A program made the translations under genes and the position numbers. Of a stretch of 45,453 nucleotides of DNA, positions 9,275 to 17,621 are shown in pieces (position 1 is the stretch's first letter; the number at the start of each line of letters is the position of its first letter). The DNA comes from Escherichia phage vB_EcoS_SD276, in sequence record OR911938.1; one strand, written 5' to 3'. Under the pieces are notes generated by a model. It ran no database searches and was not told the origin of the DNA. It saw nothing but the letters and a program-made list of their open reading frames with translations.

Positions 9275-9868
9275 GTGGCTGAGGTCTACTCATTCGCCGC
9301 CACTATTGCAACGTGGGTGGATAAGACGAAGGAGAACAACGACAAGGCGGTGCGTGCGTACGGTATGCAAATACTTGGACGCCTGATCGAGATCTCCCCG
9401 GTGGGCGACCCCCGCCGGTGGAAAATTAACAGGGCTTACGCGCTGGCCCGCCAGCACGCGAACAAGGTGAACGCCGCACAGCGTCGCAAGAATGGTGGCA
9501 AACTGAAGCGCGGGCAGAAGAAGCACGCCAGCGTGCTGGTATCATTCAAGACTAAAAACGGCAACGTCACGTTCCGCCAGCGTGGCTGGGCCGCGAAGAA
9601 TTACACCGGCGGACGCTTCCGTGGAAACTGGCAGGTGACGTTCGACCGCCCGGCTGTCGGAGCTATTGATCGCGTGGATAAGGCAGGAACGGCAACATTA
9701 GCAGCGGGGCGTGAAGTGCTGGCGCACTACGATTCGAGTGAATACGGGTCTATCTGGTTTACTAACAACGTGCCGTACGCGCAGCGCCTGGAGTATGGCT
9801 GGAGTAAACAAGCGCCCGCTGGGATTGTTCGCGTAGTAGCGGCAGAAATTAATTCGAAGGTGAAATAA
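9275..9868 (+). CDS. neck / tail completion protein (putative)
   Basis: GTG start preceded by AAGGGG; synteny between head closure and tail genes. Confidence 0.4.
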   Translation: MAEVYSFAATIATWVDKTKENNDKAVRAYGMQILGRLIEISPVGDPRRWKINRAYALARQHANKVNAAQRRKNGGKLKRGQKKHASVLVSFKTKNGNVTFRQRGWAAKNYTGGRFRGNWQVTFDRPAVGAIDRVDKAGTATLAAGREVLAHYDSSEYGSIWFTNNVPYAQRLEYGWSKQAPAGIVRVVAAEINSKVK

Positions 9869-10290
9869 TGAGCAATACTCTAATACGCAAGGCGCTTAAC
9901 CGCGTGGTGGAAGATTTATCAGTAAGCCTGAGCACCAGCCAGCGACCGATCCTTGTTAACTGGGAGAACGTGCAAGGGGGCCACGCAAACGGTAGTGGTG
10001 TCTACCTAGAGCCGTACCTACTACCGGCACCGACCCAGTTTGTGGGCTTCCAGCAAAAGGGGCGAATCTATGCTGGCGTTTATCAGGTTGCCGTGGTGTT
10101 CCCCGCGGGTACGGGCACACAGTACGCGAGCGAACTGGCGGACGCCATCGCTACGTCGGATAAGTGGCTGGCGGTAAAGATTTCCGGCGCTGCATTCCAG
10201 CTTCAGGACGCGCCATACACCAGTTCAGTGGTTGAGGACGTTGACCGCGCCCGCATCGTGGTTACAGTCCCCTACACATGTTGCGCCTGA
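9868..10290 (+). CDS. tail terminator / tail completion protein (putative)
   Basis: Overlapping start (TAATG) with previous gene, directly upstream of major tail protein. Confidence 0.4.
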   Translation: MSNTLIRKALNRVVEDLSVSLSTSQRPILVNWENVQGGHANGSGVYLEPYLLPAPTQFVGFQQKGRIYAGVYQVAVVFPAGTGTQYASELADAIATSDKWLAVKISGAAFQLQDAPYTSSVVEDVDRARIVVTVPYTCCA

Positions 10291-10351
10291 TTTGGCGCTA
10301 TTCTGCGCGTGCTGTATCATTGAACCGTATATCTAAACAGGAGCGTTCATT

Positions 10352-11077
10352 ATGGGTTATCAACTTCCTAACGGGTCTAGCGTCCAGATTGGGTCCGTAC
10401 TGGGCAACGGTATCGCTGTTACGGCAGCTACCAACGCCGCCGCGTCGATCTCTGATCTTACGAAAGGGTGCGTTATCACCTGCGCGGCTTCTCATGGCTT
10501 GAGAGTTGGTGACGTGGTTATGTTCACTAAAACCCCATGGGTCCGTGCGCTGAACCGCGCGTTCATCGTTGGTAAAGTGGCGACTAACGACGTTACGCTG
10601 GCGCGCTTCGACACCTCGGACGTCACCAAATATCCTGCCGGTGCTTTTGGGGCGGGAACCCCAGGCGAAGTGGTGAAAGTGTCGAATTTTATCGACTTCC
10701 CGTATATCACTAACGTTGCCGTGTCGGGTGGCGACCAGCAGACCACCACCTTCCAGCCGTTGCAGGTGAATACCGCGATCAGTCTGAACACCACGAAAAA
10801 CCCGTTGGTCCAGACCTACACTTTCACCCACGACGAAGAAGACCCGATCCGCCCGATTCTGGAAGACCTGGACGACACACAGAAAACCACTGTGATTAAG
10901 TTCACCAACCCGGCAGCGGCAAGCGGCAAAGGTGAGATCCGCATTTACCCGGCTAAGGTGTCTTTCCAGAAGATTCCATCGGCTGAAGTAAACAACGTGG
11001 AGACGGTGGAGTCCACCCTCACTATGCAGTCCGATATGGTTATTTACCGTAAGGACCTGGTTGAAGCGCTGTCGTAA
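10352..11077 (+). CDS. major tail (tube) protein
   Basis: 241 aa; position directly upstream of G/GT chaperone and tape measure; followed by strong terminator. Confidence 0.65.
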   Translation: MGYQLPNGSSVQIGSVLGNGIAVTAATNAAASISDLTKGCVITCAASHGLRVGDVVMFTKTPWVRALNRAFIVGKVATNDVTLARFDTSDVTKYPAGAFGAGTPGEVVKVSNFIDFPYITNVAVSGGDQQTTTFQPLQVNTAISLNTTKNPLVQTYTFTHDEEDPIRPILEDLDDTQKTTVIKFTNPAAASGKGEIRIYPAKVSFQKIPSAEVNNVETVESTLTMQSDMVIYRKDLVEALS

Positions 11078-11107
11078 TTTGGTCGCTTAAATAGCGGGTG
11101 ATAATAT

Positions 11108-11131
11108 GGGGCCAGTACGGCCCCTTTTTTT
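11108..11131 (+). terminator. intrinsic terminator after major tail gene
   Basis: GGGGCC-AGTAC-GGCCCC followed by TTTTTTT. Confidence 0.7.
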
Positions 11132-11147
11132 ATTGGAGAATACGACA

Positions 11148-11510
11148 ATGGCTAAAGCACCACTCTTTACACTCGACCCTAAGCCGACTTTTAAGCTGCC
11201 GATTGAAATCCCGCGCCCCGGCGAAAACGAACCGGGCAAAATGACGTTTACCGTGCGCCACCGCCCTATAGACGAATTTTCGCAGACCATGCAGGATACG
11301 GAGCGCAAGTTGTCGGAATATGACGACAATGATCCTGACGGCTTTAACGTTATGGTCGAGGCCATCATGCACGTCGCAGAAGGCTGGAATCTGCCGGACG
11401 AATTTAACGCGGAGAACGTCCGCCGCCTGGTGGTCAACTATCCGCGCGCGTTCGGCGTGTTCCACACTTCGTACTATCTCGAACTGATGGGATTGCGTGA
11501 AAAAAACTAA
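11148..11510 (+). CDS. tail assembly chaperone (G-like)
   Basis: Small acidic protein upstream of tape measure, ends LREKN* on slippery A_AAA_AAC; track start 11106 lies in terminator hairpin. Confidence 0.65.
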   Translation: MAKAPLFTLDPKPTFKLPIEIPRPGENEPGKMTFTVRHRPIDEFSQTMQDTERKLSEYDDNDPDGFNVMVEAIMHVAEGWNLPDEFNAENVRRLVVNYPRAFGVFHTSYYLELMGLREKN

Positions 11511-11824
11511 TTGAGGCGGCGCGACGCTTTTATGGCCCGCCGCCACCCTCCGAAGATTTAGCCGCGAGTTTATGGGGGGCGGCCCCGGAAGACGTTTGCC
11601 CTCCTGTTGCACTATGGCCCGACAACGCGAAGGTAGTCGCCGTCTTTACAGATTGCTCCACGCAATGGCGCACCGGATTCGGTGGCGCATACGGCATCGA
11701 CTACGGCGTACTGGAATGGCTTTTTAAGATGCACGGCATCGAAAACGCGCAGCGTGCGTTTAAAGATATCAAGCTAATGGAACGCGTTGCGCTGGATGAA
11801 ATGGCGCGGCAGAACCCAGCATAA
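11148..11824 (+). CDS. tail assembly chaperone GT-like fusion via programmed -1 frameshift at A_AAA_AAC (11501-11507)
   Basis: -1 frame is open for 105 codons (LIEAARRFYGPPPPSEDL...MARQNPA*) from the slip site to TAA at 11822-11824 without any in-frame ATG ORF call. Confidence 0.5.
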
Positions 11825-11828
11825 CGGA

Positions 11829-12142
11829 GCGGGACAAGCGGGACGTCCCGCTTGTCCCGCACCTCTAAAAACTGCATATTTACCCGCCAACATTGCATAA
11901 ATTAAAAGCGGGACAGGGTGCTGTCCCGATCTGTCCCGCCCACAAAATGTGAATATCTATTCAGTTTTCGTGCATAAAACAAACGGGACAAAAAGCGGGA
12001 CAGAATGGGGTGGGACAGATCGGGACAGCACCCTGTCCCCGCCAGTGCTGCCGCGGGTTTTAGCCGATCGGGACAGGCGGGACAAAGCCCAGTCTTTCAG
12101 ACTAGACGGGGGTCATTGGCCCCCCTCGTCTGAGACTGAATA
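11829..12142. repeat. GGGACA-rich non-coding element, copy A (32-bp perfect palindrome + repeat array + 53-bp hairpin module)
   Basis: At least 12 GGGACA/TGTCCC hexamers; palindrome GCGGGACAAGCGGGAC|GTCCCGCTTGTCCCGC at 11829-11860; module 12090-12142 identical to 40286-40338. Confidence 0.7.
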
Positions 12143-12206
12143 AGGTTTGTTTTAAATTCGCTGATACAATTAACGACGGCAACTGCATAAAAAGGGGGAC
12201 TGCATA

Positions 12207-14849
12207 ATGGCAGATCAGGCAGCGGGCATCACGCTAAAGGCGGACGTCGCGCAAATTAAAACGGCTAATACTGTGCTGGACACATTTGCGCAGAAATCCG
12301 AGAACACAGAACAGAAAGTAAAGAAATTAAACGACACCCTCGGCAAGTCGAAAAAGGTTACTGGCGACGCCGCGGGCGGAATGGAAAAGTTAGCGACTGA
12401 ATCGCAGCGTGCCGCCGATGGCATGACGAAACAGGAGCGACTCGCCAGCCGATTAGGCATGTCGACCAAAAACCTGGGATTCGCATCGCGGAACGCCGCA
12501 TTCCAGTTACAGGATATTGCGGTGACGCTTGAGATGGGTATGCCGGTGCACCGCGTTATGCTTCAGCAGTTACCGCAGCTTACTGGGGCGTTTGGCGGAC
12601 TGGGTAACACGCTGCGATATGTTGCGGGCTTTCTCGGCCCAGTGGGGATCGGCCTTTCGGCATTAACGGCGACGTTAGGCGTAGGGGTGGCAATTACGAC
12701 CCGCGCAGAGAACCAAGTGGCGGCGCTTAATAAGACGCTGGCGCTGTCCGGTAATATTTCAGGCCTCACAGCTAACCAGATCCTTGTGCTGTCCGAGAAC
12801 GCCGAGCGCATGGGCGGGTCATTTCGCAAGACGCGTGACACAATCCAGGCGCTGGCGGCGGCGGGGGTGAAAGCGGGTGGTGACTTCGGCGCATTGGCTA
12901 AGGTAGTTAATGACTTTGCGAAGGTGTCCAGCCAGCCGATCGAGGATGTGGTAGCGGCGGTAGCGAAGCTGTCAACCGACCCCGTTGGCGGACTGCGTGC
13001 GCTGGCGGATAAGTATCACGTCGTAAACGAAGCGCAGATCCAGCAGGTACAGTCGCTCGTTGATGCGGGTCGTGAGACAGACGCAGTTGCGTTGGCTAAC
13101 AAAACAGCCGCTGCGTCGTTCACCAGCATGACCAATGAGATCAAGGCGAACATGGGTACGCTTGAGCGATCTATGAACGTCGTCACATCGGCAGCCAAAT
13201 CAATGTGGGACGCCATCCTGGATGTGGGCCGCGCGCAGTCCTCCAATGAGTCCGAGATGAAAGCGCGCGAATCACTACAGCGCATGACCACGGCTTACTA
13301 TGCCGAGATGAAAGCGGTAAACGCTGCCGGTGGGGTAATGACTGAAGCGCAGAAAGCACGTATTAACATGCTTTACAGCGAACTGGTCGCCCAGGAAAAG
13401 GTAGTGGCGTCGCTCACCCTGCGTAACCGTGCCGAGCGAGACAACGCCCGCGCCGCAGACGAATCCGCAAAGGCGAACGAGGAGGCCAACCGCACCGCCC
13501 GCGACCGTGCCGCGTTTGAAAAGGAGTACGCAACTAACGCTAAGAAGCGCGCCGACGAGATCGCCCGCCTCAATTTGCTGAATAAGCGCGGCGTTATTGA
13601 TGAGAAAGAGCTTGCCGAGGCGGTGAAGCAGGTAAACGAGCGTTACAAAGACCCCGCACCGAAGAAGGCCGCCGCGGTACGAGTCGATGCCGGTATGAAA
13701 ATGCTGGAAGTCGCACGGAGCGAACTGGCCCAGCTTCGAGAATCCAGCAAGCAGATCGAAGCCAACGCATCTACGCAGACCCGCACGCAACGCGCTCAAG
13801 CGGCCTTAAACAAGCTGATCGCCGACAATGAGCAGTTAATCGCTGCGAGCAAAGAAAGAGCGCTAACGGCAGCAGAAAAGCAGCAGATGGTCGAATTCGG
13901 ACGCGTGAAGGAAGTGCGCGAGCAGATCGTCGAAGAAGCCAAATTGCTGGACGCGAAAGAGAAGCAGGTTAAGGCGCACGCGCAGATCGAGGCCTTCGTT
14001 AAGAACCAGAACGCCGAACTAAAAGCCACAGCCGCTGGCTATGCGCTTTCCACTCGCGAAGCGGCAAACCTGCGCGAAGAATTGCAGCTAATCGATCGTC
14101 TGAAGCGGGTTGGCGCTAACGATACCGATATTGGCAAGGCGGTGTCTAAGCTGCGGGAAGTGCAGGAGGCGCAGACCGGCGCTAACGCCTCGCTATGGGA
14201 TGGATTCAGTCGCGGGCTTAAGGATAGCGTGGATGAAATGGGTAACGGATATACGCAGATGGCGTCGCTCACGAAATTCACATTCAGCGCTATGCAAGAC
14301 ACGATGAACGAGTTTTTCGAGACTGGCAAGCTGAACGCAAAGGATATGGTTAAATCCATCCTAAGCGAGTTAATCAAGCTGGCTACCTCGCAGGCGTTCA
14401 AGTCGATCGTTAGCGCTTTCGGTGGTGACGGCGGCAAAAACGGATTGTTCGGCGCTATCTTCTCCGGCCTCACTAAGAATGCGGACGGCGGAGCGTACGC
14501 AGGAGGCAATCTCGCGGCCTATTCCGGTCAGGTAGTAAGCCAGCCCACCTTTTTCAGTTATGGCGTCCAGGCGTTCGCTAAGGGCGCAGGATTGATGGGT
14601 GAGGCTGGCCCCGAGGCCATCATGCCTCTGAAGCGCGGGCCGGACGGGAAACTGGGCGTTGCCGCTTCTGGCGCAGGCGGGGGTATGATCGTGACGACTA
14701 ACGTTTACACTGGGACCGGTAAAACAGACACCAGTGTGAGCGGCCCAGACCCACGCACCGCGCAGGCGTTCGGCAAGCAAATCACCGAGGCGGTGAAGGC
14801 CGAGATCGTGAAAGCGACGAAACCGGGTGGTGTACTTTACAAACGATGA
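12207..14849 (+). CDS. tail tape measure protein
   Basis: 880 aa, long Ala/Gln/Lys/Glu-rich helical protein with hydrophobic glycine-rich segments, downstream of G/GT. Confidence 0.85.
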   Translation: MADQAAGITLKADVAQIKTANTVLDTFAQKSENTEQKVKKLNDTLGKSKKVTGDAAGGMEKLATESQRAADGMTKQERLASRLGMSTKNLGFASRNAAFQLQDIAVTLEMGMPVHRVMLQQLPQLTGAFGGLGNTLRYVAGFLGPVGIGLSALTATLGVGVAITTRAENQVAALNKTLALSGNISGLTANQILVLSENAERMGGSFRKTRDTIQALAAAGVKAGGDFGALAKVVNDFAKVSSQPIEDVVAAVAKLSTDPVGGLRALADKYHVVNEAQIQQVQSLVDAGRETDAVALANKTAAASFTSMTNEIKANMGTLERSMNVVTSAAKSMWDAILDVGRAQSSNESEMKARESLQRMTTAYYAEMKAVNAAGGVMTEAQKARINMLYSELVAQEKVVASLTLRNRAERDNARAADESAKANEEANRTARDRAAFEKEYATNAKKRADEIARLNLLNKRGVIDEKELAEAVKQVNERYKDPAPKKAAAVRVDAGMKMLEVARSELAQLRESSKQIEANASTQTRTQRAQAALNKLIADNEQLIAASKERALTAAEKQQMVEFGRVKEVREQIVEEAKLLDAKEKQVKAHAQIEAFVKNQNAELKATAAGYALSTREAANLREELQLIDRLKRVGANDTDIGKAVSKLREVQEAQTGANASLWDGFSRGLKDSVDEMGNGYTQMASLTKFTFSAMQDTMNEFFETGKLNAKDMVKSILSELIKLATSQAFKSIVSAFGGDGGKNGLFGAIFSGLTKNADGGAYAGGNLAAYSGQVVSQPTFFSYGVQAFAKGAGLMGEAGPEAIMPLKRGPDGKLGVAASGAGGGMIVTTNVYTGTGKTDTSVSGPDPRTAQAFGKQITEAVKAEIVKATKPGGVLYKR

Positions 14850-14856
14850 TAAAATG

Positions 14857-14885
14857 GCCCTCACATTCATCGTGGGGGCTTTTTT
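14857..14885 (+). terminator. terminator-like hairpin after tape measure gene, abutting next start codon
   Basis: GCCCTCAC-loop-GTGGGGGC followed by TTTTTT then ATG. Confidence 0.5.
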
Positions 14886-15485
14886 ATGTCACAAGGTACG
14901 ATCACATTAACTAAGGGTAGTAAGACCGTTACAGGCGCGGGGACGGCGTTCCTTAGCGAGATCGGGAAGGTACTCGTATTCGCCCGCATCGACGGCAACG
15001 ACTACACCGGCAAAATTGCGGCGTTCAACTCGAACACGGTCATTACACTGAAAGATAACTGGGCCGGTCCAACGAAATCCGGGGCGGTATATGAGCTAAT
15101 CGAAGCGCACGACCCTCGATCAAACGAATGGCCCTATTACTGGCACATGCAATTGCAAGGCGGTGGAGACGTGCAGTTGGCTTTCCGGTCGGAGGAATTG
15201 CAATTCGGTAACGGTTACGGTCAGAACATCGCGGACGGCCCGAACGCCGAAACGAAACAATTTCCCGTGCAATTCGTCGGACTGACTACCGACAAGTGGT
15301 GTAATCCTAAACTGGTTTACAACTTCCTTCGCGGTCACTTCGTAAAACCGTTTGTCGTCACAGCACCGGATGGCGAAACAGGTTTATTCGTTGTCGAGCG
15401 TTCGAGCTTGTCGTACACGGACAACGGGCACTACACGGCAACGGTATCAGCCACCCTTAAAACAGCTATTGGATTCGTGAGATGA
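14886..15485 (+). CDS. minor tail protein (lambda M-like) with N-terminal fibre-like domain
   Basis: C-terminal half shows the FGxGYxQ pattern of M-type proteins; N-terminal ~50 aa resembles N-terminus of the lateral fibre ORF. Confidence 0.55.
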   Translation: MSQGTITLTKGSKTVTGAGTAFLSEIGKVLVFARIDGNDYTGKIAAFNSNTVITLKDNWAGPTKSGAVYELIEAHDPRSNEWPYYWHMQLQGGGDVQLAFRSEELQFGNGYGQNIADGPNAETKQFPVQFVGLTTDKWCNPKLVYNFLRGHFVKPFVVTAPDGETGLFVVERSSLSYTDNGHYTATVSATLKTAIGFVR

Positions 15486-16270
15486 ATAAACTATATCGTG
15501 AGGCGACGCGCTTTGACCCATCGGGTCGCGTTCGCCTGATTCACATTGACGCGCAGGACGTGGAACCAGGCGACGGTGCGATCGGCGCGGGCCATCACTA
15601 TTTCCACTATTGCTTTATTCCGCACACTGCCGAGGATATTGCTGCCGCTGGGGGTGACGAGGATAAGCTGAAGCCAAAATCCATCTTCTTCGACGGGCAG
15701 GAGTTCGAATTCTGGCCCTTCGAGCTGTCCGGCCTTAACTTCTCCACATCGACGGCAGCAGAACCGCAACTAACAATCGTCGATATTGGCGGCATAATAA
15801 CCCGGCTGTCGCTGAACCACGACCAGCTACTGGGCGCGAAGGTTGAGATCATTGATACGTTCGCGAAGTTCCTGGACAACGGGACAGATCCAGACCCGAC
15901 GCAGAAACGAGTTCAGGAGTATTACATCGACTCGCAGGTCGGGCGCAATCCGGGCAAGCAAATCACCTTCGCACTATCCTCACCTGCGGATATGGAAGGG
16001 CAGGTCGTCCCCCGTCGCCAAATCATGAATATGTGCGAATGGGCGCTCAACGGGAAGTACGCCAGCGGGGACGGGTGTACGTGGAACCTTGCGAAGCCTG
16101 GGATCAAGTATTACGACGAGCGTGGTAATGAAGTCATTGCGATGAATATGGACCGATGCGGCGGCTGTTTGTCCGACTGCTATCTTCGTTTTGGGCAAGG
16201 GCTTGCGGATCCTAAAGCTGCGGTGTTGGACTTCGGTGGTTTTCCTGGATCCAAATTGATTAAGGGGTAG
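15482..16270 (+). CDS. minor tail protein L-like
   Basis: Synteny M-L-K-I-J; Cys cluster DRCGGCLSDC near C-terminus as in L-type Fe-S tail tip proteins. Confidence 0.65.
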   Translation: MNKLYREATRFDPSGRVRLIHIDAQDVEPGDGAIGAGHHYFHYCFIPHTAEDIAAAGGDEDKLKPKSIFFDGQEFEFWPFELSGLNFSTSTAAEPQLTIVDIGGIITRLSLNHDQLLGAKVEIIDTFAKFLDNGTDPDPTQKRVQEYYIDSQVGRNPGKQITFALSSPADMEGQVVPRRQIMNMCEWALNGKYASGDGCTWNLAKPGIKYYDERGNEVIAMNMDRCGGCLSDCYLRFGQGLADPKAAVLDFGGFPGSKLIKG

Positions 16271-16272
16271 CC

Positions 16273-17013
16273 ATGTTAACGAAAAAGGTTAAAAGCGATA
16301 TCGCCGCACACGTTGCGGCGTGTCTGCCGGAAGAAGCCTGCGGGTTGGTCGTCATGGTTGGTCGTAAGCAAGTATTCGTCCCATGTCTGAACGTATTCGA
16401 AGATCCGACCGGCGTGCGCTCGCGTAAAGACGCGTTTACTATTAGTGATATGGCCTGGATGGATGCCGAGGATATGGGCGACGTCGTGCGCGTAGTCCAC
16501 TCGCATCCGGGCCAGCGAGAGCTTACCCCCTCACTGGGCGACGTTAACGGATGCAACGGCAGCGGCGTAGTCTGGACCATCACTAACGAATATGGCGACT
16601 TTATCGAGATCGACCCTGAAGACCCTCCGCTGGTGGGGCGTCGATTTGTTCTCGGAATTACGGATTGTTACGGCCTAGTCATGGACTGGCACAAAAAGCA
16701 GGGTGTAAACCTGCCAGACTTCCGCGTGCCGTATAACTGGTGGGAGACAGGCGAAAATCTGTATATGGATAATTGGTACGGCGCGGGCTTCAGGGAGTGT
16801 GAGGAAAATACGCCGGGGGCAATGGTCATCATGCAGATTAGCGCGCCAGTGCCTAACCACGCTGGGATATTCCTTCCGGGCAACCAACTACTACACCATA
16901 TCTACGGCAGTCTGTCGAGCGTAGTCCCCTTCCGGGCAGGATTTTTCCGCGACAATGTGGTTAAATGGGTCCGTCATAAAGACCTACCGGGGAATATCAC
17001 AGAATGGCAATGA
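16273..17013 (+). CDS. tail tip assembly protein K-like (MPN/JAB + NlpC/P60-type)
   Basis: Metalloprotease-like motif VVHSHPG...S.GD and downstream Cys/His region; synteny. Confidence 0.65.
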   Translation: MLTKKVKSDIAAHVAACLPEEACGLVVMVGRKQVFVPCLNVFEDPTGVRSRKDAFTISDMAWMDAEDMGDVVRVVHSHPGQRELTPSLGDVNGCNGSGVVWTITNEYGDFIEIDPEDPPLVGRRFVLGITDCYGLVMDWHKKQGVNLPDFRVPYNWWETGENLYMDNWYGAGFRECEENTPGAMVIMQISAPVPNHAGIFLPGNQLLHHIYGSLSSVVPFRAGFFRDNVVKWVRHKDLPGNITEWQ

Positions 17014-17621
17014 CAACGTTTAAATTGTACGGCGTTTTAGGGCGTCGATTCGGTAAAGTGCATAAGCTGGACTGCTTCACACCGGGCGAAGGAATCACCG
17101 GCTTGTGTGTGAAGTTGCCAGGGTTACAAGACTTTTTAATGTCGGCCCACCTGGACAACATGATGTTCAAGGTGCGCAAAGGCGACCACATAATGACCGG
17201 TTATGATGAGCTTGGCGAGTTCCACGGCAACCGCGTCGTCACCATCGCGCCGGTTATGACTGGCGCAAAAAGAGGATTGGGCCAATTGCTGGCGGGTGTC
17301 GCGATCGTAGTGGCGTCGTTCTATACGGGCGGACTTGCTACTGCCGCTTTCGGGGCTTCGGCGGCAACCGCTGCCGCTATCGGTACGGCTACGTTTTCGT
17401 TCGGCGTGTCGATGGCGCTGGGTGGCGTTATGCAATTGCTGTCGCCTCAACCGAAAGGATTGCAGACACGGCAGGACGTGGATAACAAGGCTTCGTATGC
17501 GTTCGGGGGGCCGGTAAACACGACCGCGCAAGGGACCGCACTTGGTGTATTATGGGGCGAGCGTGAGATCGGCGGCGCTATTATTTCAGCCGGAATCGTA
17601 ACCGAGGATTTGAACGAATGA
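17004..17621 (+). CDS. tail assembly protein I-like
   Basis: 205 aa, hydrophobic Gly/Ala-rich C-terminal half; between K-like and J-like genes. Confidence 0.6.
   Translation: MAMTTFKLYGVLGRRFGKVHKLDCFTPGEGITGLCVKLPGLQDFLMSAHLDNMMFKVRKGDHIMTGYDELGEFHGNRVVTIAPVMTGAKRGLGQLLAGVAIVVASFYTGGLATAAFGASAATAAAIGTATFSFGVSMALGGVMQLLSPQPKGLQTRQDVDNKASYAFGGPVNTTAQGTALGVLWGEREIGGAIISAGIVTEDLNE

Noticed and set aside
11130-11612. 160-aa minus-strand ORF over the G/GT chaperone region
   Set aside because: Overlaps the G-like gene and the frameshift extension on the opposite strand; no start signals
11829-12142. GGGACA repeats as a possible CRISPR array
   Set aside because: Repeats are only 6-8 bp, irregularly spaced and in both orientations; no 25-40 bp repeat/spacer periodicity and no cas genes
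12090-12142. 53-bp hairpin module as a tRNA
   Set aside because: Too short and forms a single long imperfect hairpin rather than a cloverleaf; no anticodon-loop/T-loop features
13275-14870. Several 150-175 aa minus-strand ORFs inside the tape measure gene
   Set aside because: Fully embedded antisense ORFs within a continuous 880-aa gene; low-complexity translations
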